Assembly (NCBI RefSeq): GCF_006345805.1
Contig: NC_043019.1
Location: 25,667,360-25,731,359 of the forward strand
DNA from: Octopus sinensis
Taxonomy: Eukaryota
Length of the DNA stretch: 64,000 bases
Direction: 5' to 3'
The notes under the pieces were generated by a model, which saw only the letters and a program-made list of their open reading frames with translations, was not told where the DNA came from and made no database searches. Shown piece by piece: positions 29,453 through 43,315 of the stretch. The first letter of the stretch is position 1. The number at the start of each line of letters is the position of its first letter. A program made the translations under genes and the position numbers.

Positions 29453-30489
29453 GGAATTTACAAAAAACAAAGCAAAAGACGAAGATGGGTGTGTAAACAA
29501 CAAACAGATGTATCAGTTCACGCTTACAGATATATATTCATATATACAAATATATATATGTATGTATGTATGTATAAATGTATGTATATACATATATCCA
29601 TACAAACAAACGTATACATACATATACATGCATATATAATCGAATATATTTGCATACTTTGCGTATATATTATATGTCCATGTGTGTGCAAATATAATTT
29701 TGTATATCGCTTCGTCATAAATTTGGTAAAAAGAATCAAGTAAGAAGTTTGGAGAAAATATACTTGGAGATATGGAAAGAAAGAGATGAGACACTAGGAA
29801 AATCTCAGGAGATTGAGGGCTGAGAAGAAAGAGGGAAAACAAAGAAAAATGGGATAAATGAAGAACGAACGCTAGGGAACAGAGATATTAAAAATGAACG
29901 AAATCTCATTCTGTCGCTGCCATCTGATTTTACTCTCCCTCTTTTTTTTCTTTCTCTCCCTCTCTCTCTCTCTCTCTCTCATACGCACACATACAGACAC
30001 AACTGTTACTTCTTTACCTCATCGGATGGTGACTACTCCCACTAAATTCTCGACCACCTTTCCGTGAATGATACGCATGACCAACTATCAAAGAACTTCA
30101 CAACCTTTAGAGCGCTTTCAATTCAAAAGCCATTCTGACCATCTCATTTATTCTTTGTATTTGAATTTTTGCATTCTTTACCGTCACTGTTGGAAGGCAT
30201 GTTTAGAGAGGGCGCGGGTCAAAATTACGCGCCTTTCCCCTCCACAGTGTCACGTGACAGTTAGCTGGTGCTGGTTACTGGAGTCTACCGGTGAGTATTA
30301 TAAAGGGAAATTTGGCAGGATGGCCAGTCGCCCGCGGACATTCGTTAAAGCTGCATCGAAGAAACCAAAAAAAACAAAAGATAAAAGGAGAAAGCAAAAA
30401 CGAACTCAACACCAGAGCTGAGGACAGCTCCAAAAGGAGGGGAGCGCCACGTCAAAACCGGTAGAGGAGTAGCGGCCTGAAGTGGATGT

Positions 30490-30572
30490 GGTTCTTCCTG
30501 ATGATGTCTTTAGTCACAGGATCCTATAAAGGAGCTGTTGCGGTAAAGGACCACGAAAAGTGGTTGAAATCC
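30490..30572 (+). ncRNA. Degenerate hammerhead-like motif
   Basis: ttcttc-CTGATGA-t-gtcttt...aaaggac-cac-GAAA-agtg-GTT-gaa; stem II base and stem III imperfect. Confidence 0.4.
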
Positions 30573-30710
30573 TTCCACTCTCCGTATATATACCAGCCAT
30601 CTTGCCTCTTTAATGGAATTGTGAACTACTATAAACGCACGCATCATATCAACACCATCCTATCGCACACAGTAGGAAAATGTACATATTATAACACTGT
30701 AACATATTAC

Positions 30711-30822
30711 GTAACCTGGTGAGGCTTCTTCTGCACTGTGGGGGGTGCATTCGATTCTGTTATATCGTTCCCCACCCACTAGAGATTACTGCAGATGTAA
30801 GCCGAAACGATCGTCGTGCTAC
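30711..30822 (+). ncRNA. Hammerhead-like motif with A6-to-G core change
   Basis: gtaac-CTGGTGA-GGCTT..(about 70 nt, partly paired)..AAGCC-GAAA-C-gatc-GTC-gtgctac; palindromic stem III ACGATCGT. Confidence 0.6.
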
Positions 30823-31038
30823 AAAGAGCTCACAGTAGACCCCGTCTTCCCTATTGATTATCTAACATACTCTATACGTGCACCGAGGAGTTCCTAACAT
30901 AGATCCTGCGACTAAAGTGTAGTACAGCGGATGACGCCCGGTAGCCGTATGTGGTGAAAGTTCTCACAGGGCATACCTGAAGGTAGGAGTGGATATTACA
31001 TTTTAAAGTCTCCTAACTAATCTTTAATTTTAAACATA

Positions 31039-31117
<79 letters not shown>

Positions 31118-31140
31118 CAATAGCGCAGGAGTAGTAGTAT

Positions 31141-31472
31141 AGTAAGAAGCACCGTGGGCAGGTGATTTCTGCTATGGCCTCGGGCCGACCAAAGCCTTGT
31201 GAATGGATTTGGGAGACGGAAACTGAAAGAAACCCGTCGTATATATATATATATATATATTTGTATGTATGTATTTGTGTGTCTGTATTTGTCCCCACCA
31301 TCGATAGACAACCGATCTTGGTGTGTTTACGTCCCCATAACATAGCGGTTCGGCAAAGCAGACCGATAAAATAAGTACTTTGCTTACAAACAATAAGTCT
31401 TGGATCGATTTGTCCGACTAAAGGCGGTGCTCCAGCATGGCCGCAGTCAAATGAGAGAAACAAATAAAAGAA
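31141..31472 (+). mobile_element. SINE family A with partly deleted head
   Basis: Core, internal (TA)n and tail intact. Confidence 0.88.
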
Positions 31473-32135
31473 TATATATATATATATTGTGCACCCTGAT
31501 GATTTTCCATCCAAGGTACTTTAAAATGCAAGACCATATTTTTAATTTTGGTTGTTAAATGAAACAATTGTTCGTGAATATGTTAATAAATTTGTATCCA
31601 TTACATCTATCCGTTTTCAAACTTAATAATATTTATATCTTGTGTGTGTGTGTGTGTGTGTATGTGTGTGTATGTGTGTGTGTGTGTGTGTGAGTAAAAC
31701 TCATTTTTATACACTTCCCTATAAAAAGTGGAACCGTTTAGTTACTATTCTATTTGTGTTCCCACCCAGGGGACAGCTCTGCCTCTCTTCCGTTAGAGGC
31801 TAAGAGATCATAGATATTCTTAATCAACACAACCCACGACTCAACTAAAATGGTATAAACGTGTACAAGAAGGGGTTTACTAGTTCTCAGATGAGATTCA
31901 AAACAATGAAACCCCCACAAGACGATTCCATTTTTATTTATGTTATATATTTATTTTTGATTTTTTTTCTGCTGTCTGAGGTTAAAAAAGTATTTGTATA
32001 CATTTGTTTGCATTCCTGCAAAAATAAAATATTGCTATTAAAGTTATACTCGCACGGTACATTACATTTCAAATTTTATATGAGAATGTGTATGAATATA
32101 TAAACGCGTGAGTGTGTGTGTGGGGGTGTGTGTGG

Positions 32136-32167
<32 letters not shown>

Positions 32168-32615
32168 GTGTGTGTGTATTATTGTTCGAGAAACCTAGTG
32201 AAAGAAATGTTGCTACTGGCAGTTAACATCGGTAATACACTATGTTTGCCAGGAAGGTACAACATATGATTAACAATAATGGAATATATTTGCTTTGTCA
32301 ATGACATTTATCAGAATATCATCACAACACGCCATCTTACTCTCTCTTCCTAGCTGTCATATTCTCTGCTTCTGTCTCGTACTTACTTAGGCCGTAAAAT
32401 TTGACGTTTATTATAGATTACTGCTTACTATATGTTGTATATCTGGGTGTGGTATTTTGTGTGAATGTATGTATCTATGTATATATGTAAACATCTGCAT
32501 GTATATATGTGTGCGTAGAGAGAGAGAAAGAAAGAAACAAAGAGAGAGACGCGTATATAGTGTGTGTGTATATATAACTATCTCTATATGCATATCCATA
32601 TATATACATACACAT

Positions 32616-33325
32616 GATTGATTGATTGATTGATTGATTCTAGTTTCAGCTTATGAGCTGTGGCCATGCTGGGGCACCGCCATTTGGTGTTGCTACTTGG
32701 TTTCACTTCATGGAGGCTTTCTAGCAACTGCTATTTGGTGCATGAGAGAGTTCGATGCAGCTGCCCTCATCTGCCCCTCCTGCCGTGAAGTTGGTTCATC
32801 TGGGGCACCTGACAGGAAGAGATCCAGCTTCATTTTAAAGACATCTGTATCCACCCCATGCAGGTCTCTCAGGTTCTTCGGGAGGATATTGAAGAGCTGT
32901 GGGCCTCGGAAGCCCAGGCTATCACAGAATCTTGTCCTACATCTTGATGGCAGGTTTGGAGTCCTAGGCACCACGCAGTGGCGCCCAGTTCTGGCATTTG
33001 CGTAACTCTCGATGCCAAAGTTCAGGGCACTTCCCTCCAGGATCTTCCAGATGTATATTATGGCATATCTTTCCTGCCTACGCTCCAGGGAATATTATAT
33101 TTTAATCTCTTGAGTCTTTCCCAGTAGCTTACATTCTGCATAGAGGCTATCTTCTTCGTGTAGCTTCGTTGGATCGCCTCAAGTTCTGTGATCAACTTGA
33201 CACTGGATGGTGACCATAGCTGAGAGCAATAGTCAAAGTGGCTTAGGACAAGTGTCTTCCAGAGGACCATCATGGCTTCTTGTTCTCTTGTTCTAAAGGT
33301 TCTAAGAATCCAGCCAGCCAGCCGT
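32616..33325 (-). mobile_element. CR1-type LINE, 5'-truncated 3' end with (AATC)n tail
   Basis: WILRTF...LWKTLVLSHFDYCSQLWSP...LEAIQRSYTKKI...YWERLKRL...RERY..IYIWKI...GPQLFNILP...FKMKLDLFL; one frameshift. Confidence 0.9.
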
Positions 33326-33408
33326 CTACATTCATTGTCAGTTTAGCACAGTACATTTGTATATAAACGAGGTGAATATATACATATGTTTATATATATA
33401 TATATATA

Positions 33409-33442
<34 letters not shown>

Positions 33443-34329
33443 GTATTAATATATAGATATATATATATAATATACACACATGTGTATGCATTCACGATTT
33501 TTTTTTATGTATATATGTATATATACTTAGTATATCTATGTGTGTGTATATATATATATATGTGTGTGTGTGTGTATTTATGCACAAATTGTGGCAATAA
33601 AAGTGTTATTCTAAGAATTCTCTGCTATAGTAGAAGAATAACATAGGGAATAACATTTATTTATATGGTAAATGAGAAACTGCAATCTGCTTCTTTCTCA
33701 AATAGAATTCTTCGAGTTATATTTGAAAGCAGCTCCTGAAAGATAAGTAAGTTTAGCTTCGTTGTACAAATGTATTTTATGGTAAAACCACGGGGTTTCT
33801 TATTCTTCGCGACCAGAATGAACTAGAGAACAAAACTAGCTGCTTTCTCACTGTTTTCGGTTTAAGTCTGTGTGACAATACTCAGAAGACTGAGCGATGT
33901 TGAGTAGGGGGTTCCGCAGATAAAAATGCAAGAAACTGGGGAGTCGTTACCAAAATGGATTCCTCGTAAGTGTTCGGTAAAACATGAACGGCCACTTACG
34001 GACAGTCCGGTAAATAAGGAGCCGCAAATAAGATAAGTAAAAGTAAATGCGTGACGGAAAGATCTGGTTATGTATAAAGAGTGGTGGTGGGTCGGGTAAA
34101 CAATGTGGGACTCAAGAAGACGAAGGGCATTAATGGGCAAGAGCGAAGGAGGAATTTAAGGAATAAGATTTTGCACAGAGAGACACACACATATATATAC
34201 ACACACACAAACACACACTCACACAGACATGTACACATATACATATACACATGCACACATACACACATATATACACACATGTATATATATGTATATATAT
34301 GTGTATATATCTATATCTGTATATATATA

Positions 34330-34393
34330 TGATTGATTGATTGATTGATTCTAGTTTCAGCTCATGAGCTGTGGCCATGCTGGGGCACCGCCA
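34330..34393 (-). mobile_element. Extreme 3' fragment of the same CR1-type LINE
   Basis: Near-identical to 32616-32681 including the (GATT)n tail. Confidence 0.85.
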
Positions 34394-34580
34394 TATATGA
34401 TTGATCACTAAATCTACAAGATTTTTTATTCTCTTTCTATTTGTTTCCTCATGTTCTTTTCTGTTGAAGAGCGTAGGCTCGAAGCATAAAATACTTTCTC
34501 ACTCTCCCGAGCGTCAAACAATTCCACTTGCTTGTTGTTCATACACCTGTCTTTGTCTTTTGCTTTTCACTAAATTTCAA

Positions 34581-34641
<61 letters not shown>

Positions 34642-35544
34642 ATAGATGTATACATTATATGGATGTATGCATGCATGGATGTATGCATAGGTATAACTAC
34701 TTCTATACAGTGTACGGATAACTGTATAAAATATGTGTTTGAAAAGTTGAAAAACGCTTAAACGAAGACTTCCTTCCATCAGGTCTGTGATAATCTGCAG
34801 AGTTTATTAAACAATAAGTAATTTTTTAATTCAAAGTACTCTTTCTATATATATCTGTACGCATCTGTTCTTATATTTCTAGACTTTCTTATATTCATAG
34901 ATGCACAGAAGACACAGCAAAATGGAATGCCCTACATTAAGACGTAAATAACTATTTCGAGCTTCGCGTTTCTAGCAACGATATGCTCCACTTTCCAGAG
35001 TCTGTCTCACACTTCACTGCTTCCACAGTTCACCTTCTGGCGTTCCACCTTCTAAGAAATAATTTATATCATACTGCAACGCGTCTTGGAATATTAACCC
35101 TCACACTGTGTCTATAAATATTATGCATATTTGTGTGTGTGTTTGCATATATAGGTATGCATATATATATATGCGTGTGTGTGTGTGTGTGTGTGTGTGC
35201 GTGTGTGTGTGTGTGTGTGCGTGTGTGTGTGTGTGTGCGTGTGTGTATGTGTGTGTGTGTGCGTGTGTGTAAATACATTGGTAATAATGTATAGACAAAT
35301 ATGCATATATATAAAAAATATGTTGTAGGAATACTTGCTCATGCGCACGTACGGTAACTAACTCGCACGTGCATACACACACACAAACATATGTATGTGT
35401 ATGCATATATGTATACGTATATATATATATATATATTATATATATATATATGTGTGTGTGTATATCTATATATGTGTGTGTGTATGAATGTATGTGCGTG
35501 TGTGTGTGTGTGTTTGTGTGTAGGCACATGCATGGATGCGTGGT

Positions 35545-35830
35545 TAAGAAACTCGCTTCATACTATTAGCCAAGGCACAAGTCCAGGAAGGTTGCTTTTT
35601 CTTTGTGGAAGGCCAGCGGTCGCCCAAGCAAACCAGCCTCACTTCTCCATGTCACTGACGTTATCCAAAGGAAAGGCAAAGGGGCCGATACAGCTTGGTA
35701 CCAGTGAGGTCGCATATAATTTCTATAGCTGAGTGAACTGGATTGACGTGAAAATAGAGCGTCTTGCTCAAGAACACTACACAGAGCCCGGTCCGGAAAT
35801 CGAACTCTCTACCTCGCGATTGTGAACCCG
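35545..35830 (-). mobile_element. tRNA-derived SINE, family C
   Basis: Minus strand gagttcgatttccggaccggg (B-box) ...ttgagcaagacgct...; head related to 55515-55800. Confidence 0.7.
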
Positions 35831-36189
35831 ACTCTCCACCTACTGAGACACACATATATATCCCTACATCCAATCAAATGTACCGACTTACATGCATATA
35901 TACATGCATACATAAAAATACACCCGCATATATGCAAAAAAACTCACACATACACACATAGGACTATATACTTCAATATTGTAGTAATATTTGCTGCTCT
36001 ATTTCACCAAAAAATATACAGAAAAAAAAACGAAACAGAAAAAAAAATCTCATGAATAAAGAAATAAAAATCTTTTTTCGATGTTCAAATTTTTTATCGA
36101 AATATTAAGATATATTTTCTGTGTATGTTCTATATGCATAAATTCATCTAATAAAGAATTTTTTCACAATCACATATACGATTATGCAC

Positions 36190-36193
36190 ACAT

Positions 36194-36243
<50 letters not shown>

Positions 36244-36362
36244 ACATTTATATATATACATATTTATGTACGTATATATATATACATATTTATGCATATA
36301 TATATATATATACATATAAAATATATGAATATATATACATATATACATACAGATATATATGA

Positions 36363-36442
<80 letters not shown>

Positions 36443-37070
36443 AATGTATATGTATACATATAAATACTAATATATATACATATATATGTATATGTATATA
36501 TATATGCATATATATACTTATATATATATGTATGTATACATATATGTATATATGTATATATATATATATGCATGTAGAAATATGCATATATGTATATATA
36601 TACATGTATATGTGTGTATATATATACAAATATATATAAAGTATGCATATGTAAGCATGTATGTATATATGTATGTATGTGTGTATGCATGTTTGTATGC
36701 ATTTATACATTTATACATGTGTCTGTATATGCATATATATGATATATATGTACATATGTATGTATATATTATATATGTTATATGTATATGTATACATATA
36801 TGTAAATACATATATATATATATGTATATAAGTATATATATTACATGCATTCGCACGTATATGTATTCCATATATATTCATATATGTATATATAAACATA
36901 CGTATATACATATTTAAATGTGTGTGTGTGCGTATGTATTTATATATATTTGTATATATATATGTGTGTGTGTGTGTGTATGTATATCATATATAAAACG
37001 TTTGTATAAATTCTGTTATTAACATTTTCTATTCCTCACAATATTCAATACCCGTATGAATTCTTCGTGG

Positions 37071-37104
<34 letters not shown>

Positions 37105-37188
37105 CATTATTATTATTATTATTATTATTAATACTAATATTATTTTTACTGCTGCAGTTCTGCCTTTTCCTCCTCCTCCTCCTCCTCC

Positions 37189-37219
<31 letters not shown>

Positions 37220-37263
37220 CGTCATCATCACCACCATCATTAATATTATAATCATTATTATTA

Positions 37264-37307
<44 letters not shown>

Positions 37308-37380
37308 ATTTATTATTATTATTATTATTATCATTATTATTATTATTATTATCTTTATTAATATTATTATTATTATTACT
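36190..37380. repeat. Compound TA/TG then (ATT)/(CCT)/(CAT) microsatellite tract
   Basis: Directly visible. Confidence 0.93.
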
Positions 37381-38569
37381 GCTGCAGTTCTGTCTTCTCT
37401 ATGTTTTACGTCTCGGCCATTACATCATCGATCATCATTACCCCGCCACAACATTTTTTGGCGGTTTCTTAGTATGTGGTTTAGCAGTCACACGCATGCA
37501 CACACGCACACACACACACACACACATACGCATACACACATACATACATACATACATACATACATACATACATACATACATACATACATACATACATACA
37601 TACATACGTACATACATATATACATACACAAATAGCATTCTTCCACAGACATTAAAAAAAGCTATACATTACCTTCATATCCGATTAATTTTAATTCTGT
37701 CAATACATTCTCCAGCTGTTTTATTTCTTTGTATTGTATGTGTGTGTATCTGTATTGATGTCTGTGTATGTTACCGATACTCTCTGTAGATCATAGAATA
37801 ATCGTGCTTCTATCTATAAGTACATTACATAAGCACACATGTGTACGTTTGGTGTATATATTAGTATATGAAATGTAAATATTGTGTGGTGTGTTTGTGC
37901 CTATATATATACATATATATATATATATATTATATATATATATATAGATATATATTATATATATAAGAATGTATGGTGTATCTATGTTTATATATATATA
38001 TATATATGAACATCTTATTTTATTTAAAATTTACTGGTTTATATAAGGGTCTGCAATTTCCTTTGAGTTGTACTTTAGCTGATAACACTGACGAAGTGTG
38101 TCCACTGTGCTGTGTTCTTTAATAGGGTTTAGTGACTTGCGTAATCATAGCGGTCTGGTGGTCGGCTTCCTGAAACACGTGTATATTGGGTAATGCATAA
38201 AACACCCGTTACTATTTTGGCGTTCCCTTTTCACGGTCTCTGTTTCTGGTTCTAAATAGTTCTCTTGACTGCTGCAGCCACTTTTCACGTACAATATCTT
38301 TATAAACAGTGGCCTATGCAATATTGAGTCGACCTTCAGAGTATTTTTCCGTTAGCCTAAGGTTTTGAGTAAATTTCGGAATCTAACACTTCCGTATTTC
38401 TTACAGCGCTCTCGTTCTTGAGTATCTTTATAAAACTTCCATACATGTGCGTATGTGTGTGTGTGTGTGTGCGTGTGTGAGTGTGTGTGTGTGTGTGTGT
38501 GTAGGAGGAGGGGGAGGAGGAGGGCTGGTAGAATCATGAGCGTACCAGACAAAATGATTAGCGGAATTT

Positions 38570-38725
38570 CATGCGTCTTTCAGTTCTGAGTTCAAATTCT
38601 GCCGAGGTTGACCTTGCCTTTGAACCTGTCGGGATCGATTAAGTAGCGATGAAATACTATGGTCGATGTAATCGACTTTGCACTCTCCCCAAAATTTCTG
38701 GCCTTTTGCCTTTATTAGAAAAATT
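38570..38725 (+). mobile_element. SINE family B, partial, with (ATT) tail
   Basis: gagttcaaattctgccgaggttgacc...caaaatttctggccttttgcc. Confidence 0.82.
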
Positions 38726-38782
38726 ATTATTATTATCATCATCATCATCCTACTCCTCCTCCTTCTCCTCCTCCTCCTCCTC

Positions 38783-38816
<34 letters not shown>

Positions 38817-39393
38817 TCTCTATAAGGCGATATTGTCGTCGACAGTAACACGTGACACAGATCAACGTATTGTGAGAGAAAATTAAGTTTATGGAAAATG
38901 TGCGAAAACTTGTCACACACACACGCACGTACACATATACATACATATATATATAAATGTGAGGATGCATGTCAGTGTGTGTACATGTCGATATAAATGG
39001 GTCTGTCCATGTAGTTTGCAATATTTCGCCATTGTGTTAGATCTCTCTATGTAGAACAAACGTTCCTGAAGTGAAATCAATAAACGAAGAAGAGAGATCG
39101 ATAAATCATAAGTACCATATTACTACATAGTTAGGTGGATATAATGAACTAAAACCTTTTGAAGGCGGTTCGGTATCATATCCGGAATGCACTGACTGGA
39201 ACCACTAAATGGTAAAAAGGACTAAAAGACTATAATAATTTAGTACAGTCCGGTAATGGCATAGGATTGGACAGCTGAGCTTTCATTTCTGCATAATTCA
39301 CAATCAAAATGGATACACGTTAAATTCATATTAATAAAAAAAAAATTAGGAAAGTTGATGTAGAGATTCTATCGCAAATTTATGTGCGTGTGT

Positions 39394-39522
<129 letters not shown>

Positions 39523-39734
39523 ACAGAGAATGTATCTACATATGTTATGTGCGTGTGTGTGTATGCATATGTGCAATAGTGCAAGATCACGGTTGTGCTC
39601 CCATGACCGAAGCCACATGGCTGAAACTAAAAAGAGAATATATATATATCGAATTGCTTGTGGGTGTATATCTAGTATATCTATCTATCTTCCTCTCTCC
39701 TTCTCTTCCTCTTTCTCTTTCTCTTTCTCTCTCT

Positions 39735-39794
<60 letters not shown>

Positions 39795-40069
39795 TTATAT
39801 ATATACACATATACATAAATATACATATATATATATATATATAAAATCACTCACACATGTATATACATGTGTGTGTATGTATGTGTGCGTGTGCGTATAT
39901 CAGAGGTTTTTTTATTGCTTTAAATAATGTCTTTTTGTAACAATGTTTTTCGAATTTGCATCATTTTCTGTAATACAACGTTTCGCCATTGCCAATAAGA
40001 GAAATTTTTCTCCTAATGATAATCATTGTGCCAGAAAGTTTCCATTAGTGGTTAATTGAATAATCCGTC

Positions 40070-40930
40070 ACAACTCTGGGGGTTAGCGAAGAGAATAAAG
40101 ACATGTCATGCTTTATGAGTTTAAAAATGGAAACCAAAACAAATATTAGTGTAAAAATACTGAGAAGATAATTGAGTAAAAGTGCTACCGATGGTTCCAA
40201 AAATTTAGAGTAGCTGCCTAGAACTGAAATGTTTCCTCTTTTCTGTGGACAGCCTGTTTCGTTTGGTGATATATAACTGACTGTAGCCTTTGGCTGAAAT
40301 AGAAATGTAACCAATGAAGAATTAGTAAAAGAGTTTAATTCATCATCGTCTACGGTCAGTTGCCACTTGTTGAAATTTACAATGGAGCCTAAATTCAGCA
40401 AATGGATTCCTCACGAATTTAGAGACCGCGATCGAGAACAATGAGGCAACATTTACATTGCCCTTCATTCAAAAATTCAGTCTCCAGTTTGGGATTCTCT
40501 TTTTACTGGAAATGAAAATTTATCGCTTCGCAAAAATGCTAAGCATCGAAAGGAATGGATTCCATGAGGATGACAGACAAAATCTTCAACCAAAGTGAGC
40601 TGTATTGAAATTCTCTTGGATATTTGGTGGGTTATGAGAAGAGATATTCACTTGGACATCCTCCCACCGAACCAAACAGTACCATCTCAAGCATACTGTA
40701 AACAACTCAACCGTTTGAACGAAGAACTGAAAGAGGAGAGGTACACGTTCGTGAGTTCAACAGCTGCTGTTCTCCTTGATGGTAATTCACGCTCACGTCC
40801 TGCTGCGATCACTTGTGCCAAGATTTAACTGTTTGACCAGAAAAGGCTAAAACATCCCTTATATTCTTTTCATCTTGCACTTTTAGATTGATCAGTTATT
40901 TCAAAACTTGGATCATTTCGTTGGTGATGG
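40070..40930 (+). mobile_element. Old, heavily degraded mariner transposase
   Basis: HVMLYEFKNG, RWFQKFR, SKWIPHE, IWW...NQTVPSQAYCKQLNRLNEEL, LL-DGNSR, HPLYSFHLA motifs in order, with many stops and frameshifts. Confidence 0.8.
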
Positions 40931-41149
40931 ACTCTATAATTCATCGGAGGCACCAAAACTGAACATAAGCGATATTTTGATTTTAAACATTTCGATATCT
41001 ACCTTGGTATCCATTTCAAGATGGAATCATTCCCTACGGGACAACAACTCGCAAGAGCAAGCATTACCTCAGCAGAAAAGGGCTCCACCATCACTCCCTA
41101 ATTGTGTGCAGTTAACTCGCCACTGCACACACATGACAGATCTCCTCCA

Positions 41150-41300
41150 ATTCTATCACCTTCCACCCCTCCAGGGATTCTACACGCGTCAAGTGCCAAA
41201 GTACTTTCGGTCACTTCAAAGTATCAAGGCCTCCGGCCCTGGCGGTGACCCTTCCATTACAATCAAACTGTGCGCCCTAGAGCTGCAAAGCCACATTATT
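41150..41300 (+). mobile_element. LINE fragment just upstream of the RT domain
   Basis: RSLQSIKASGPGGDPSITIKLCALEL matches the K..GPDG....LK.CA.EL motif of CR1/Jockey-type LINEs. Confidence 0.5.
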
Positions 41301-41870
41301 TAAGGGTAATAGAAGGGGTTAGCCAATCCAATATTGGAGCAGAGAGCTCTTGTCTAGGGTGTCGCTTCTTGAGATTGAACCTGGAATGTGGCGGTTGCGA
41401 AGCAAACATCTTTACCACATAGACTTATCTGATCATATGTATCCGGGCACACACAGACACACACACACACATTCTCTCTCTTTCTTTCTTTTTTCTTTCT
41501 TTCTCTCGCTCTCTCTCTCTCTCACTTTTTTATGCATACACACACACATACACATACACGTACATACATATAGATATACATGCACACACACACATATGCA
41601 TATATACATAAATGTACATATGTCTATCATACGTGCACAAACTTATATACATACACACACATATATGTGCATACATATATACATGCATATGCACCTAGAT
41701 ACACGTATACACATACACACGCGCAGACACACGCACATATATGTTTGTGTGTGTATAAATATATGTTTGTGTGTGTGTGTACGTATGTATGTATAACAAG
41801 TCTATTTGTGAATTAGTAAATCATACAGCACTGAAGACAGTATGGTAATATAAATTATACATGCGTGTTC

Positions 41871-41953
<83 letters not shown>

Positions 41954-42699
41954 AAAACATATATATATATGTGCATATATGTATGCGTATATATGTGTGT
42001 GTGTATTTGTGTGTATGCGTGCATGTAGGTGTGTGAGTGTGTATAAGCTTGGCCGGTAATCAAATCTACATAATATAAATTACACCGCCATTCCAAATTC
42101 AATGTGGCCAGACCGTGTCGAAACCGACTCTGGCATCGTCTTAATGTTCCCGTACACGCTCATATATATTTGACCCCGCATACACACACACGCACATACA
42201 CACACACACATACACTCATACACACACATTTATACACGCACACACTCTCATACACATAAACATACTGTACATATATATATATATACATAGACATTCACAC
42301 ACACGCGCGCACTCATACACATGCACACAGACAGTCTCGTACATATACATATAAGCACACAGTATAGGTATACACACAGAGACGCACTCACACACTTACA
42401 CACATTCATACACATACAAATATTGTGCATTCATAGGCATTCACACACAGACAGACACACGCACTCATGCACATACACACGGACACTCTCATAAACATAC
42501 ACATACTGCACATATATATACACATAGACATTCACACACAGACACACACGCACTCATACACATACACACAGACACTCTCATACACATACTGAACATACAT
42601 AGACATACGCACACGAGCTCACACGTACACGCACACACATATATATATATACGCATGTATATATATATATATATACATTCATATAAGTATATATACATT

Positions 42700-42733
<34 letters not shown>

Positions 42734-42811
42734 CATACATATATATATATACTTATATGAATGTATGTACCTATGAATACAAAAATACATACTACATACA
42801 TACTACATACA

Positions 42812-42842
<31 letters not shown>

Positions 42843-43315
42843 CATACATGTATACATACATACATAAATGTATGTATATTAGGCCGCTCTATTTTCTTTC
42901 TCTCGTCCTCCATGTTTTCCTTTCCTCTTTGTCTTCTCTTTCATGGTGTCTTTCATCCCAATATCAAACAGCATAAATTAAAATAAAAGGTATTTACTGT
43001 TGTTGCCATTAATATTGTTGCTTTTGCTGTTGTTTCCCCTTTGGTAGGACTCCCTTTCCTGCTCTATCTAGACGGCCAATTGTTTAGCCCAAGGTTTACT
43101 ATGACTGAACAGACACACGATCAGTGACAGACCTGTTGTGATCACACCATATAAAATGAATACGTCCTTTTCCATGACATTTGTGTGTAACTTGAAGGAG
43201 AATCGGCTGCTGTTTCTTACAGATCTAGATATTACTTAGAAGATTTGGCAGCCATTTAGATGTGTTTCAGCACCACCACGAAGGTTCTATCTTGTGTAAG
43301 TCTGTGGTTGTTGTA

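Noticed and set aside
30925-30975. Third hammerhead-like motif (CGGATGA...GAAA) in the GC-rich island
   Set aside because: U4 is altered, stem I does not pair and stem III is unclear.
34455-34495. ctgttgaa-GAGC-gtag-GCTC-gaagc hairpin resembling a hammerhead
   Set aside because: Both halves of the core deviate in this copy.
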